A DNA stretch of 64,000 nucleotides from Bacteroides xylanisolvens (GTDB lineage Bacteria > Bacteroidota > Bacteroidia > Bacteroidales > Bacteroidaceae), in contig JBKVKY010000012.1 of NCBI GenBank assembly GCA_046986985.1, positions 89,368 to 153,367 of the forward strand, in the 5' to 3' direction. Below are positions 9,131 to 19,976 of this stretch, piece after piece (position 1 is the stretch's first letter; each line of letters opens with the position of its first letter). The notes under the pieces are model-generated. The model did not search any database and was not told the origin of the DNA. It was given only the letters and a program-made list of their open reading frames with translations. A program made the translations under genes and the position numbers.

Positions 9131-11377
9131 ATGTCACATTTACCAACTTTGATTGCCGACCTTGCGCTGATATTAATATCGGCCAGTGTAATAACCTTGC
9201 TGTTCAAATGGATGAAACAACCTTTAGTCTTAGGTTACATCATTGCCGGATTACTAGCGGGGCCTTATATAAATATTTTCCCCACCGTGGGAGATATCGA
9301 AAATATCAATATATGGGCGGAAATAGGTGTTATTTTCTTGCTCTTTGCACTTGGACTGGAGTTTAGTTTTAAAAAGCTCATGAATGTAGGTTCTACAGCT
9401 TTTATTACGGCCACCACCGAAGTCGTCAGTATGTTGCTCATAGGTTTTCTAGTAGGACAATTGTTAGGATGGGGCACGATGAATTCCATCTTTCTTGGGG
9501 GAATGTTGTCCATGTCGTCTACCACAATTATCATCAAGGCCTTTGATGATTTGGGGTTACGCAACCAGCGTTTCACGGGCATCGTATTCGGTACTCTGGT
9601 AGTGGAAGACCTGATTGCCATTTTAATGATGGTACTTCTTTCTACAATGGCGGTAAGTCAGGACTTTGTGGGTGAAGACTTATTGATTAGTGTTCTCAAA
9701 GTCGTTTTCTTTTTAATCCTGTGGTTTCTCATCGGTATTTTCGTTATTCCGGCTTTTCTTAAAAAAGCAAAGAAGCTGATGAATAATGAGACGCTTTTGA
9801 TTGTTTCGATCGGTCTTTGTCTGGGAATGGTGGTATTGGCCACCTATACAGGCTTTTCAACGGCGTTAGGTGCATTTATCATGGGATCTATCCTTGCCGA
9901 AACCATCGAAGCCGAGCACATCGAACATATCATACAACCGGTAAAAGACCTCTTCGGAGCTATTTTTTTCGTATCAGTCGGTATGCTGGTGAATCCGGCT
10001 GTATTGGTAGAATATGCCTGGCCTGTTATCATCATTACTCTGGTTACCATTATCGGTAAAGCCATTTTCTCTTCATTTGGCGTACTCTTATCCGGAGAAC
10101 CGCTAAATACTTCTATCAAATCCGGATTCAGCCTGGCACAAATTGGAGAGTTTGCTTTCATCATTGCCGGACTGGGTGTTTCGCTCAAAGTGCTCGATCC
10201 GTTTATTTCACCAATCATTGTGGCTGTATCTGTTATCACCACTTTCACGACTCCTTATTTTATCCGTTTGGCCAATCCTTTTGCCGAATGGCTTTACAAA
10301 ATATTGCCTACTAAAATACAGGAAACATTAGATCGTTATGCTTCCGGCAAGAAGACCATGAACCACGATAGTGACTGGAAGAAATTACTAAAAAACATGA
10401 TTGGCAGGGTTATTATTTATAGCGTATTGCTCACTGCTATCTGGCTGCTGTCTATACAAATCATTTATCCCGCCATCAGTGAAATGTTTGCTCCTGTTAC
10501 CCTATGGATTAAGCTGGTGATGTGTCTGGGTACCCTTTTACTTATGACTCCTTTTTTGTGGGCACTCATCTCCAACAAATACAACTCTTCCGAATTATTC
10601 CTGAAGCTATGGAGAGATGAGAATTACAATCACGGACGACTGGTTTCTCTCGTTCTAGGCCGTGTATCTGTTGCTCTTTTCTTTATCACTAGCGTAGTTA
10701 TCAGCTATTTCAAGCTGAACTGGGGAATAAGTGTGATTATTGCCATAGCTGTTGTGGCATTGATTCTTATTCTTAGAGAAGACCTCACGCAATATTCACG
10801 ATTGGAAACGAGATTCCTAGCCAATCTTAACCGACGGGAAGAGGTTGCTAAAAAACGACACCCGCTAAAAACAAGTTTCAATAGCGAGTTCAATGACAAG
10901 GACCTTGATTTGACGTCTGTCGTAGTATCGCCTTATTCCGATTACATCGGCAAGTCTTTAGGAGAACTTTCATTCAGGCAAAATTTTGGAGTGAATGTGG
11001 TTGCAATCACGCGTGGTGATTTGAATATATACATTCCGAAAAGTTCTGAACCTATTTATCCGCAGGATAAACTGACTGTAGTCGGTACGGATATGCAATT
11101 GCAGGAGTTCAGAAATAGAATAGAAGATGTAAAAAACACAATAGATACGGACGCAGTGGATAAAAAGATGACTCTCCACTCTTTCACTGTAGATGATGAA
11201 TTCCGTTTCTTAAATAAAACCATTGCGCAGTCTCATTTGGGAGAAAAGTACGATGGTATCGTTGTGGCTATTGAACGGAATGATGAATTGATTCCTTTGG
11301 ATAAAGATACGGCTTTCCAATTAGGAGATCTCGTTTGGATTGTGGGTAACCGCGAGAAGATTAGAGACATACTGTAA
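9131..11377 (+). CDS. CPA2 cation:proton antiporter with C-terminal TrkA-C (RCK-C) domains
   Basis: LFALGLEFS, MSSTTIIIK, LVVEDL, QIGEFAFII; two RCK-C repeats (IGKSL..L..R..FGV.VVAI.RG). Confidence 0.88.
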   Translation: MSHLPTLIADLALILISASVITLLFKWMKQPLVLGYIIAGLLAGPYINIFPTVGDIENINIWAEIGVIFLLFALGLEFSFKKLMNVGSTAFITATTEVVSMLLIGFLVGQLLGWGTMNSIFLGGMLSMSSTTIIIKAFDDLGLRNQRFTGIVFGTLVVEDLIAILMMVLLSTMAVSQDFVGEDLLISVLKVVFFLILWFLIGIFVIPAFLKKAKKLMNNETLLIVSIGLCLGMVVLATYTGFSTALGAFIMGSILAETIEAEHIEHIIQPVKDLFGAIFFVSVGMLVNPAVLVEYAWPVIIITLVTIIGKAIFSSFGVLLSGEPLNTSIKSGFSLAQIGEFAFIIAGLGVSLKVLDPFISPIIVAVSVITTFTTPYFIRLANPFAEWLYKILPTKIQETLDRYASGKKTMNHDSDWKKLLKNMIGRVIIYSVLLTAIWLLSIQIIYPAISEMFAPVTLWIKLVMCLGTLLLMTPFLWALISNKYNSSELFLKLWRDENYNHGRLVSLVLGRVSVALFFITSVVISYFKLNWGISVIIAIAVVALILILREDLTQYSRLETRFLANLNRREEVAKKRHPLKTSFNSEFNDKDLDLTSVVVSPYSDYIGKSLGELSFRQNFGVNVVAITRGDLNIYIPKSSEPIYPQDKLTVVGTDMQLQEFRNRIEDVKNTIDTDAVDKKMTLHSFTVDDEFRFLNKTIAQSHLGEKYDGIVVAIERNDELIPLDKDTAFQLGDLVWIVGNREKIRDIL

Positions 11378-11418
11378 TAAAGTCCGGGGTCAAATAAATC
11401 ACATTACATATAAAACAA

Positions 11419-11458
11419 AAGAGAGCTGTAAACATTTAATCTACAGCTCTCTTATTTT
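11419..11458. terminator. Bidirectional intrinsic terminator between the antiporter and dnaK
   Basis: aagagagctgta...tacagctctctt hairpin with A/T tails between convergent genes. Confidence 0.7.
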
Positions 11459-11482
11459 GATTTATTGTATATTCAGTGATCT

Positions 11483-13396
11483 TTACTTCACTTCCTCAAA
11501 GTCAGCATCCTGAACATTATCCCCGTGCTTGCTATTATCTTGCTGACCAGCACCACCGTTCATATCAGGACCAGCCTGTGCACCACCTTGTGCACCACCC
11601 TGTGCGTACATTTCAGCACTTGCAGCCTGGAAGGCAGTATTGATTTCTGCCATAGCAGTATCGATAGCAGCCAAGTCCTGTGCTTTGTGAGCATCTTTCA
11701 ATTTCTGCAAAGCAGCTTCAATCGGAGCTTTCTTATCAGCAGGCAACTTATCACCTAATTCCTTCAACTGATTTTCAGTCTGGAAGATTACGCTGTCAGC
11801 CTGGTTCAGTTTATCGATTTTTTCACGTTCTTTCTTATCTGCTTCAGCATTAGCTTCAGCTTCAGCCTTCATCTTTTCGATTTCTTCCTTGCTCAAACCG
11901 CTGGATGCTTCGATACGGATAGCTTGTTCTTTACCGGTAGCCTTATCTTTAGCAGATACTTTCAAGATACCGTTCGCATCGATATCGAATGTAACCTCAA
12001 TTTGAGGAACACCACGACGGGCCGGAGCAATACCTGACAAATTGAACTGACCGATTGATTTATTCTGAGCAGCCATCGGACGTTCTCCCTGCAATACATG
12101 AATCGTAACTTCACTTTGATTATCAGCAGCAGTAGAGAATGTTTCACTCTTACGAGCCGGAATGGTAGTGTTAGCGTCGATCAACTTAGTCATTACACCA
12201 CCCAGTGTTTCGATACCCATTGACAGCGGAGTAACATCCAACAATACTACACCTTTGATTTCGTCTGTCAAAACAGCACCCTGCACAGCAGCACCAATAG
12301 CTACTACTTCATCCGGATTCACACCTTTAGAAGGAGCCTTGCCGAAGAAATCTTCTACCAATTTCTGAACAGCCGGAATACGTGAAGAACCACCAACAAG
12401 GATTACTTCATCAATATCAGCATTGTTCAAACCTGCATCGCTCATTGCTTTCTTACATGGTTCAAGACAAGCCTGGATCAATTCGTGAGCCAGAGATTCG
12501 AATTTTGCACGAGTCAAAGTCTTCACCAAGTGCTTAGGCACACCACCTACCGGCATGATATACGGCAAGTTGATTTCTGTACTTGTAGAAGAAGAAAGTT
12601 CAATCTTAGCTTTTTCAGCAGCTTCTTTCAGACGTTGCAAAGCCATCGGATCCTGAGTCAAGTCAGCACCTTCATCGTTCTTGAATTCCTGTACCAACCA
12701 GTTGATGATTACCTGGTCGAAGTCGTCACCACCAAGGTGAGTATCACCGTTTGTAGAAAGTACTTCAAATACACCACCACCGAATTCGAGGATAGAGATA
12801 TCGAATGTACCACCACCAAGGTCGAATACAGCAATCTTCATATCTTTGTGAGCCTTATCCAGACCGTAAGCAAGAGCTGCGGCTGTCGGTTCGTTTACAA
12901 TACGTTTTACTTCCAGACCGGCAATCTGTCCGGCTTCTTTTGTAGCCTGACGTTGAGAGTCGGAGAAATAAGCAGGAACGGTGATGACTGCTTCTGTTAC
13001 TTCCTGTCCAAGGTAGTCTTCGGCAGTCTTCTTCATTTTCTGAAGAATCATTGCAGAGATTTCCTGCGGAGTATACAGACGTCCGTCGATGTCAACACGC
13101 GGAGTGTTGTTGTCACCTTTCACTACTTTATAAGGAACACGAGTCACTTCTTTTTGTACCTGATCCCAATTTTCACCCATGAAACGTTTGATAGAGAAGA
13201 TTGTACGTGTAGGATTCGTAATAGCCTGACGTTTTGCAGGATCACCCACTTTACGTTCGCCACCATCAACGAAAGCGACAACAGAAGGAGTTGTACGCTT
13301 ACCTTCACTGTTTGCAATTACTACAGGTTCGTTACCTTCGAATACGGCAACACAAGAGTTTGTAGTTCCTAAGTCAATACCAATAATTTTTCCCAT
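11483..13396 (-). CDS. dnaK: Chaperone DnaK (Hsp70)
   Basis: [28 protein letters not shown]. Confidence 0.99.
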   Translation of the reverse strand: MGKIIGIDLGTTNSCVAVFEGNEPVVIANSEGKRTTPSVVAFVDGGERKVGDPAKRQAITNPTRTIFSIKRFMGENWDQVQKEVTRVPYKVVKGDNNTPRVDIDGRLYTPQEISAMILQKMKKTAEDYLGQEVTEAVITVPAYFSDSQRQATKEAGQIAGLEVKRIVNEPTAAALAYGLDKAHKDMKIAVFDLGGGTFDISILEFGGGVFEVLSTNGDTHLGGDDFDQVIINWLVQEFKNDEGADLTQDPMALQRLKEAAEKAKIELSSSTSTEINLPYIMPVGGVPKHLVKTLTRAKFESLAHELIQACLEPCKKAMSDAGLNNADIDEVILVGGSSRIPAVQKLVEDFFGKAPSKGVNPDEVVAIGAAVQGAVLTDEIKGVVLLDVTPLSMGIETLGGVMTKLIDANTTIPARKSETFSTAADNQSEVTIHVLQGERPMAAQNKSIGQFNLSGIAPARRGVPQIEVTFDIDANGILKVSAKDKATGKEQAIRIEASSGLSKEEIEKMKAEAEANAEADKKEREKIDKLNQADSVIFQTENQLKELGDKLPADKKAPIEAALQKLKDAHKAQDLAAIDTAMAEINTAFQAASAEMYAQGGAQGGAQAGPDMNGGAGQQDNSKHGDNVQDADFEEVK

Positions 13397-13500
13397 GATC
13401 GTTATTTTTTTATTTATTATTTATTCAATGATTTCTTTTTGTCCGGTTGTTTCTCTGCTCTTATCAGGGAGCTTCGCCGCGAACGGACGCTTATTAAAAA

Positions 13501-13516
13501 GCAAACCGTGTGCCAA
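13501..13516 (-). promoter_or_regulatory. sigma54-like -24/-12 promoter of dnaK
   Basis: Minus strand TTGGCACACGGTTTGC = GG-N10-GC. Confidence 0.65.
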
Positions 13517-13722
13517 AAGGAAATTATACGAATACATGACATAATATCTGCCAAAAAGACAGTTTTAATAAATAAACACTGCTGACATAGTCATATTCAA
13601 AGCCAATCAGCAACTGTTTCTTTAAACAAATACAGGCGGCTCTGGTTCGATAAAGGAAAAAAAATATGCCTGTATCGTCAAGTGCGACACAGGCATATCC
13701 TATTATATATAACTCTTCTTTA

Positions 13723-14511
13723 TTACTTTTCCAGCACGATGACCAATGCACCGTTTGCATCATACAAACCAATGCCACCACCAGACAACACATCGAATGA
13801 TTTCACTTCATTGATAGCTTTCAGCACCTTACCTTCTGTTTCCATATCAGGACAAGCCATCATTGTGCTTGCTACTCCCGGGAAAGAAATAGATTTGGCA
13901 TTACTTGTACTGGTTTCAAAACCACCATTAATCAAATTACATCCGGCATTGCCATGAATGGTCTTTTTCTTCACATCAAAAGCAATGAAAGGTTGTTTTT
14001 CCATACCGGAAGGAATTGCCTCACCATTCACTTCTTTAATTTTCCATTCTCCATTCAAAACTGAAAGTTTCACATCAGCCTCCTTCTTTTGTAGAACGAC
14101 AACCGGACGGTTGGACGAATTGCAAAGATACATCTTATCTTTACCTGCCTTCTTGTATCCTTTTACTTGCGCAAAAGCATTCAATACATTATTTTCAGTA
14201 GTCATATCCGGACACATCATTCGGGTACTAGCCATCCCTGTAAGTTCAAGGCTTCCCGGCTTCGCATTTACATCGAAACTGCCCATCATACGATTACATC
14301 CGCTATTGCCGGACACACGACCGGTCGCTGTATCAAAAGCGATAAAAGGAAGGGTTCTACTTTCGCCCGGAGCAATTTTCGAGCCGTTGACTTCTATAAT
14401 ATTCCATTCACCATTGATAGATGACAGGGGGATTGCCTTCTCAACCGAACGGCACGAAGACATTGCAAGTGCTGCACCAGCCATGCAAATTGAAACAAAT
14501 ACTTTCTTCAT
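13723..14511 (-). CDS. META (HslJ-like) domain lipoprotein, two domains
   Basis: Lipobox MSSC; two copies of GEW.I.EVNG...GN.GCN...ASTxMxCPDM. Confidence 0.88.
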   Translation of the reverse strand: MKKVFVSICMAGAALAMSSCRSVEKAIPLSSINGEWNIIEVNGSKIAPGESRTLPFIAFDTATGRVSGNSGCNRMMGSFDVNAKPGSLELTGMASTRMMCPDMTTENNVLNAFAQVKGYKKAGKDKMYLCNSSNRPVVVLQKKEADVKLSVLNGEWKIKEVNGEAIPSGMEKQPFIAFDVKKKTIHGNAGCNLINGGFETSTSNAKSISFPGVASTMMACPDMETEGKVLKAINEVKSFDVLSGGGIGLYDANGALVIVLEK

Positions 14512-14656
14512 ATTGTTATAACGTTTAAGTTAAAATCGGGGGCAAAGATATCAAAAAGATTGGAAAATAACATCCAATACAACATAAAATATATACATTT
14601 GCCAGTAGATATACAACAAACGAACAATTTACATAGTTCACTTAAAGTAAACAAAT

Positions 14657-15940
14657 ATGAGAATAATTGTCCTGTCTTTAATTCTATTCTGTTGTGGCAC
14701 GTGTCCTATCACAGCTCAAAGTGATTACATTGTCACTACTCCTTCCACGCAGGAAATCCCTGTAGGTGAAGAAGAACAATTCATCAAGAATAACTTTCCA
14801 CTGCAACCGCTGTGTAAATGGACACCCGGACTGAAGTTTATGTTTGTTCCTTCTACACGGAACATGTTCCTTCCTACTCTTTCCAGCTACGACACCGACA
14901 AAGGAATAGACAACAGCCTGCTGAAGCACAAGATTCTCACTTTCACGGGAACAGAAGAGAAGGCCCAAAATATATCAACCGGGACTAACTATTCCACTCG
15001 CTTCGTATTCGAATGTGAGGGAGAAAAATATTATTATGATATCAAGAACATGAGGCTGGACGAGATTTGCGAGAAAGCTCCCCGTGCCGGTATCAATGGA
15101 TTGGTTTATCTGAAAGATGTAGATACTGCCAAAGAGTTGTTAATAGGAAAAACAGTCTATATACAATCTGAAAGTGCCCGGGTAGACGATGCCAACAATT
15201 ATTCCGGCTATCGGGATATAGCAATTCCTGTCAATACGGAAGCTACAATTACCGCTATTGGAGTCGGCAGTCAGGCATATCCAGTGAAAATCGTATTCAA
15301 AGATACACAGGGACATTCTTATTATCTGGAAGTCGCTCTCTCGCGAACGAACTCCGGCATGGACCTGAATGATTTTCAAGGCGAAAAGAGAATGAAATAT
15401 TTTTCAAATGTATTCAGTTTCACTAACAAGAGTCTGGGTACTATTGAAAGCCTGAAAAATAAATACTTGGGAATGACCGTTTATCCTAAAAAGATGCTGC
15501 CAGCCAAAAGAATCGTATCTTTTGAAGATAAGCAGACCGCATCACGTGTTCATTTGCCCCGATATACGGTTCTGCAAATAAAAGAGATTAAATTATCTCC
15601 TCCCGGTAGCCTAGCTACCCTGTCATTAACGGACAGGGACGGGGCAATCTATGAATTGGAAACAGATCTGAAATATGACGTGATTGTCAAAAATGATAAT
15701 TATATCGAGGACTTTTTCGGATTCGAGGATATACATAAAAAATATCCGGGAATTACAGAAAGCCGTTGGCGGATTATATCCCGGGGAGATTTGGAGGCAG
15801 GGATGAGTACAGTAGAATGTCGTTTATCCATTGGTGATCCGATAGAAATCGAGCTGAAAAAAGACAGTCGTTTCGAAACTTGGTTCTACAATGGCAAAAC
15901 GCTGGAATTCGAAAACGGAACCTTGCAACGTTACAAATAA
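14657..15940 (+). CDS. Hypothetical secreted protein
   Basis: 427-aa ORF with signal peptide; the C-terminal GMS..ECRLSIGDP...WFY resembles SmpA/OmlA-type domains. Confidence 0.6.
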   Translation: MRIIVLSLILFCCGTCPITAQSDYIVTTPSTQEIPVGEEEQFIKNNFPLQPLCKWTPGLKFMFVPSTRNMFLPTLSSYDTDKGIDNSLLKHKILTFTGTEEKAQNISTGTNYSTRFVFECEGEKYYYDIKNMRLDEICEKAPRAGINGLVYLKDVDTAKELLIGKTVYIQSESARVDDANNYSGYRDIAIPVNTEATITAIGVGSQAYPVKIVFKDTQGHSYYLEVALSRTNSGMDLNDFQGEKRMKYFSNVFSFTNKSLGTIESLKNKYLGMTVYPKKMLPAKRIVSFEDKQTASRVHLPRYTVLQIKEIKLSPPGSLATLSLTDRDGAIYELETDLKYDVIVKNDNYIEDFFGFEDIHKKYPGITESRWRIISRGDLEAGMSTVECRLSIGDPIEIELKKDSRFETWFYNGKTLEFENGTLQRYK

Positions 15941-15980
15941 AAAGGAGTAGCTGCGCAATGATTATCTGAAAATAATCACG

Positions 15981-15988
15981 TATATTTG
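15981..15988 (+). promoter_or_regulatory. -7 box, probable native promoter of the downstream dehydrogenase-bcp-recA genes, now separated from them by the IS
   Basis: TATATTTG 17 nt before the IS left end. Confidence 0.5.
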
Positions 15989-16005
15989 CCAAACCAATAA
16001 ATCAT

Positions 16006-17083
16006 GCGAATCAGTAGTTGAACTCTGATTCCTTGTTTTAGAAAATTAGATAAATGAATGCGATGGCAATTTTGCCCATCGTATGTACTAAAAGTCCAGA
16101 TGTAGATCTGACTTTCATCGCTCTTTGAATATTTGTTTTTTCATTCAGCCAGTTGAAAAAAGATTCTATCGGTTGTCTGACCTTTGATACTGCAGTTGAA
16201 AACAGGTCTCTGCCCGCTTTCTCTCTTTGAGTAATAATAGGCTCCTCTCCCTTTATTGCTTTAACGGGAGTCATCATGGTTACCCCTTGTTCCTGCTGTT
16301 TGTTTCCCCAGAACGAGAAGTCTGAGTATATCTTATCCGCAAATATATATCTGTTTATAAGACTATCAGCGGCTTCTCTTTTAAGAACAGTCAGATCATT
16401 CTCCTCTGCCGATGATAAGATGATCATTTCGGGGAATGGAATGGTTCCTTCCCTGCGGAAAGCTAAGGTGTGAAGTTTGAGCCCGAAATAATACATGTTC
16501 TTTGTAGAGCAGTATCCTTTAGTGGCAATTTCAGTAGCCACTTTTCCGGTTTTGTTCTTTCCTGCACAAGTAATGATGGGCATGGAGTCAATAAGTGATA
16601 TCATAGAATCGCAATCTGTTGGTTTAAAGAAAGTAATGAGATGCTTCACCAGTTCATTAATCGCCTCACTCATCAGGTTCAGCCGATAGTTGAATGTTTG
16701 ATAAGAGGGAAGGTTAGGGAACCAGGAAAGCAAATATTCTTTGGTGAATGTATGTATCTCTTTGATGCTAAAATAGCGCTGATACGCTCCGCAGAACAGA
16801 TATACGGTAAGCAGCTCCTGATCAGTGAAGATCGGTGTAGCGTTATTACTGAACCTCTGACAGTAGAACTTCAGTGAAGACTGATAAACATCGCAGATAT
16901 ACATATATATTTTTATAAGTTTTAGCTCTTTCTCCTTGGGAATCATAATTAGAATAATGAGTGGTTTTATTCTTCTAATATACTGATTTTCAAGGAGATT
17001 AAGAAATAAATAAATGAGATAATTAATTGAATAATAACAATTTAACTAACTGAATCAGCTAGTGATTTCAACTACTGATTCGC
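16006..17083 (-). mobile_element. IS982-family insertion sequence, apparently complete (about 1.08 kb)
   Basis: Perfect 17-bp terminal inverted repeats gcgaatcagtagttgaa (16006-16022) / ttcaactactgattcgc (17067-17083); flanking direct repeat ataaatcat at 15997-16005 and 17084-17092 (IR/DR boundary ambiguous by 2 nt). Confidence 0.9.
16038..16946 (-). CDS. IS982-family DDE transposase
   Basis: IDSMPI..C, KGYCSTKNMYYFGLKLH, ADKIY, RQPIESFF; 302 aa inside the IRs. Confidence 0.88.
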   Translation of the reverse strand: MIPKEKELKLIKIYMYICDVYQSSLKFYCQRFSNNATPIFTDQELLTVYLFCGAYQRYFSIKEIHTFTKEYLLSWFPNLPSYQTFNYRLNLMSEAINELVKHLITFFKPTDCDSMISLIDSMPIITCAGKNKTGKVATEIATKGYCSTKNMYYFGLKLHTLAFRREGTIPFPEMIILSSAEENDLTVLKREAADSLINRYIFADKIYSDFSFWGNKQQEQGVTMMTPVKAIKGEEPIITQREKAGRDLFSTAVSKVRQPIESFFNWLNEKTNIQRAMKVRSTSGLLVHTMGKIAIAFIYLIF

Positions 17084-17117
17084 ATAAATCATAAATTATA
17101 ATTCATTAAATACAGAA

Positions 17118-18311
17118 ATGGGTAGAGTTCTTATTATTGGTGCAGGCGGTGTTGGCACTGTCGTTGCACACAAAGTGGCACAAAATGCCGATGTATTTAC
17201 AGATATCATGATTGCCAGTCGTACGAAAGAGAAATGCGATAAAATCGTCGAGGCAATAGGTAACCCCAATATAAAAACAGCTAAAGTTGACGCAGACAAT
17301 GTAGAGGAGCTGGTAGCCTTATTCAACGATTTCAAACCGGAAATGGTGATTAATGTGGCTCTCCCTTATCAGGATCTGACGATTATGGAAGCTTGTCTGA
17401 AAGCCGGAGTGAACTATCTGGACACCGCCAACTATGAGCCGAAAAATGAAGCTCATTTTGAATACAGCTGGCAGTGGGCTTATCACGATCGTTTCAAAGA
17501 AGCAGGTCTGACAGCTATCCTCGGCTGCGGATTCGACCCGGGAGTAAGCGGTATCTATACAGCTTATGCAGTTAAACATTATTTTGATGAAATTCAATAT
17601 CTGGACATTGTAGACTGCAATGCAGGTAACCATCATAAGGCTTTTGCTACAAACTTCAATCCGGAGATCAACATTCGCGAGATTACACAAAACGGACGCT
17701 ATTATGAAAATGGCAAATGGGTAACTACCGGTCCGCTGGAAATCCATAAAGACCTGACATACCCGAACATCGGTCCGCGTGACTCTTATCTTCTTTATCA
17801 CGAAGAACTGGAATCTTTGGTGAAACATTATCCGACTATCAAACGTGCACGTTTCTGGATGACTTTCGGACAGGAGTATTTAACTCATTTACGCGTTATC
17901 CAAAACATCGGTATGGCACGAATCGACGAGGTTGATTACAACGGAATGAAGATTGTACCATTGCAATTCTTGAAGGCTGTATTGCCTAACCCGCAGGATT
18001 TAGGAGAAAACTACGAAGGAGAAACTTCTATCGGTTGCCGTATCCGTGGTCTGAAAGATGGTAAGGAACGTACTTACTATGTATACAACAACTGTAGTCA
18101 CCAGGAAGCTTATCAGGAAACCGGTATGCAGGGAGTAAGCTACACCACCGGAGTTCCGGCAATGATTGGAGCCATGATGTTCTTCAAAGGCGAATGGAAT
18201 CGTCCGGGTGTAAACAATGTAGAAGAATTCAATCCGGATCCGTTCATGGAACAACTCAATAAGCAAGGTCTTCCCTGGCATGAAGAGTTCGACAAGGATT
18301 TGGAATTATAA
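17118..18311 (+). CDS. Saccharopine dehydrogenase family protein, probable carboxy(nor)spermidine dehydrogenase
   Basis: GAGGVG Rossmann motif, YLDTANYE, GCGFDPG, FATNFNPEINIRE. Confidence 0.85.
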   Translation: MGRVLIIGAGGVGTVVAHKVAQNADVFTDIMIASRTKEKCDKIVEAIGNPNIKTAKVDADNVEELVALFNDFKPEMVINVALPYQDLTIMEACLKAGVNYLDTANYEPKNEAHFEYSWQWAYHDRFKEAGLTAILGCGFDPGVSGIYTAYAVKHYFDEIQYLDIVDCNAGNHHKAFATNFNPEINIREITQNGRYYENGKWVTTGPLEIHKDLTYPNIGPRDSYLLYHEELESLVKHYPTIKRARFWMTFGQEYLTHLRVIQNIGMARIDEVDYNGMKIVPLQFLKAVLPNPQDLGENYEGETSIGCRIRGLKDGKERTYYVYNNCSHQEAYQETGMQGVSYTTGVPAMIGAMMFFKGEWNRPGVNNVEEFNPDPFMEQLNKQGLPWHEEFDKDLEL

Positions 18312-18339
18312 GCGTACACCTATTCATTAAAAGAAAGTT

Positions 18340-18792
18340 ATGATAAACGTAGGAGATAAAGCACCGGAAGTCTTGGGTATCAATGAGAAAGGCGAAGAAA
18401 TCCGTTTAAGTGCTTATAAAGGAAAAAAAATTGTGTTGTACTTCTACCCAAAGGACAGTACATCAGGTTGCACCGCACAAGCGTGTAACCTGCGCGACAA
18501 CTATTCCGAACTACGTAAAGCCGGCTATGAAGTAATCGGTGTCAGCGTAGACAATGAAAAGTCGCACCAGAAATTCATCGAAAAGAACAATCTTCCTTTC
18601 ACTCTGATTGCTGACACTGACAAAAAGTTAGTAGAAGAATTTGGAGTATGGGGAGAAAAGAAACTGTACGGACGTGCTTACATGGGTACTTTCCGCACTA
18701 CTTTCCTGATTAATGAAGAGGGAATCGTAGAACGGATTATCACTCCCAAAGAAGTGAAGACCAAAGAACATGCCTCACAGATTTTAAATTAA
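18340..18792 (+). CDS. bcp: Thioredoxin-dependent peroxiredoxin BCP
   Basis: LYFYPKDSTSGCTAQAC. Confidence 0.92.
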   Translation: MINVGDKAPEVLGINEKGEEIRLSAYKGKKIVLYFYPKDSTSGCTAQACNLRDNYSELRKAGYEVIGVSVDNEKSHQKFIEKNNLPFTLIADTDKKLVEEFGVWGEKKLYGRAYMGTFRTTFLINEEGIVERIITPKEVKTKEHASQILN

Positions 18793-18821
18793 TAACTCCA
18801 TTAATTATATAAGAATAAGGT

Positions 18822-19856
18822 ATGGCAAAAAAAGACGAACTTAATTTTGAAACAGATAATAAAATGGCATCAAGCGAAAAACTAAAAGCCTTACAGGCTG
18901 CCATGGAAAAGATAGAAAAGAGCTTCGGTAAAGGTTCTATCATGAAAATGGGTGATGATAGTGTTGAACAAGTAGAAGTGATCCCAACAGGCTCTATTGC
19001 CCTGAACGTGGCACTTGGCGTTGGAGGTTACCCAAGAGGTAGAATCATTGAAATCTATGGCCCGGAGTCTTCCGGTAAAACAACATTGGCTATCCACGCC
19101 ATTGCTGAAGCACAAAAGGCCGGCGGTATCGCTGCTTTTATTGATGCCGAACACGCTTTCGACCGTTTCTACGCATCTAAACTGGGCGTAAATATCGATG
19201 ATCTTTATATCTCTCAACCGGATAACGGCGAGCAAGCGTTGGAGATTGCGGAACAACTGATTCGTTCTTCTGCTATCGACATCATCGTTATTGACTCTGT
19301 AGCTGCACTGACTCCTAAAGCGGAAATCGAAGGCGACATGGGTGATAACAAAGTAGGCCTTCAAGCACGTTTGATGTCGCAGGCTCTTCGTAAGTTGACA
19401 GCTGCTGTGAGCAAGACACGTACTACTTGTATTTTCATCAACCAGTTGCGTGAGAAGATCGGTGTTATGTTCGGTAATCCGGAAACAACAACCGGTGGTA
19501 ACGCTTTGAAGTTCTACGCTTCTGTACGTTTGGATATCCGTGGTAGCCAACCGATCAAAGATGGCGAAGAGATTCTCGGTAAACTGACTAAGGTGAAAGT
19601 GGTGAAGAATAAAGTAGCACCTCCTTTCCGCAAAGCAGAATTTGACATCATGTTCGGTGAGGGTATCTCCCATTCCGGAGAAATCATCGACTTGGGTGCT
19701 GACTTGGGAATCATCAAGAAGAGCGGTTCATGGTATAGCTACAACGATACTAAGTTAGGACAAGGACGTGATGCCGCCAAACAATGCATCATGGATAATC
19801 CTGAACTGGCTGAAGAACTGGAAGGATTAATCTTTGAAGAATTGAAGAAGAAATAA
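18822..19856 (+). CDS. recA: Recombinase RecA
   Basis: [39 protein letters not shown]. Confidence 0.99.
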   Translation: MAKKDELNFETDNKMASSEKLKALQAAMEKIEKSFGKGSIMKMGDDSVEQVEVIPTGSIALNVALGVGGYPRGRIIEIYGPESSGKTTLAIHAIAEAQKAGGIAAFIDAEHAFDRFYASKLGVNIDDLYISQPDNGEQALEIAEQLIRSSAIDIIVIDSVAALTPKAEIEGDMGDNKVGLQARLMSQALRKLTAAVSKTRTTCIFINQLREKIGVMFGNPETTTGGNALKFYASVRLDIRGSQPIKDGEEILGKLTKVKVVKNKVAPPFRKAEFDIMFGEGISHSGEIIDLGADLGIIKKSGSWYSYNDTKLGQGRDAAKQCIMDNPELAEELEGLIFEELKKK

Positions 19857-19901
19857 TTTGCTTTAATTCTGCTTTATCCACAGACTAAAACTGAATAAAC
19901 A

Positions 19902-19946
19902 AAGGTGGGAGAAAATCGTTTACTACGATCATTCTCCCACCTTTTT
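19902..19946. terminator. Intrinsic terminator after recA
   Basis: aaggtgggagaa...ttctcccacctt followed by a T-tract. Confidence 0.7.
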
Positions 19947-19976
19947 CTCTTTTATATAATTCTCTCTTTTTTCCTC

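Noticed and set aside
12485..13372. Long antisense ORFs inside dnaK (also in recA, clpB, gcvT, pepT and eno)
   Set aside because: These are shadow ORFs expected from codon bias of highly expressed genes; they show no recognisable motifs.
13397..13720. CIRCE operator upstream of dnaK or clpB
   Set aside because: No TTAGCACTC-N9-GAGTGCTAA match was found by eye.
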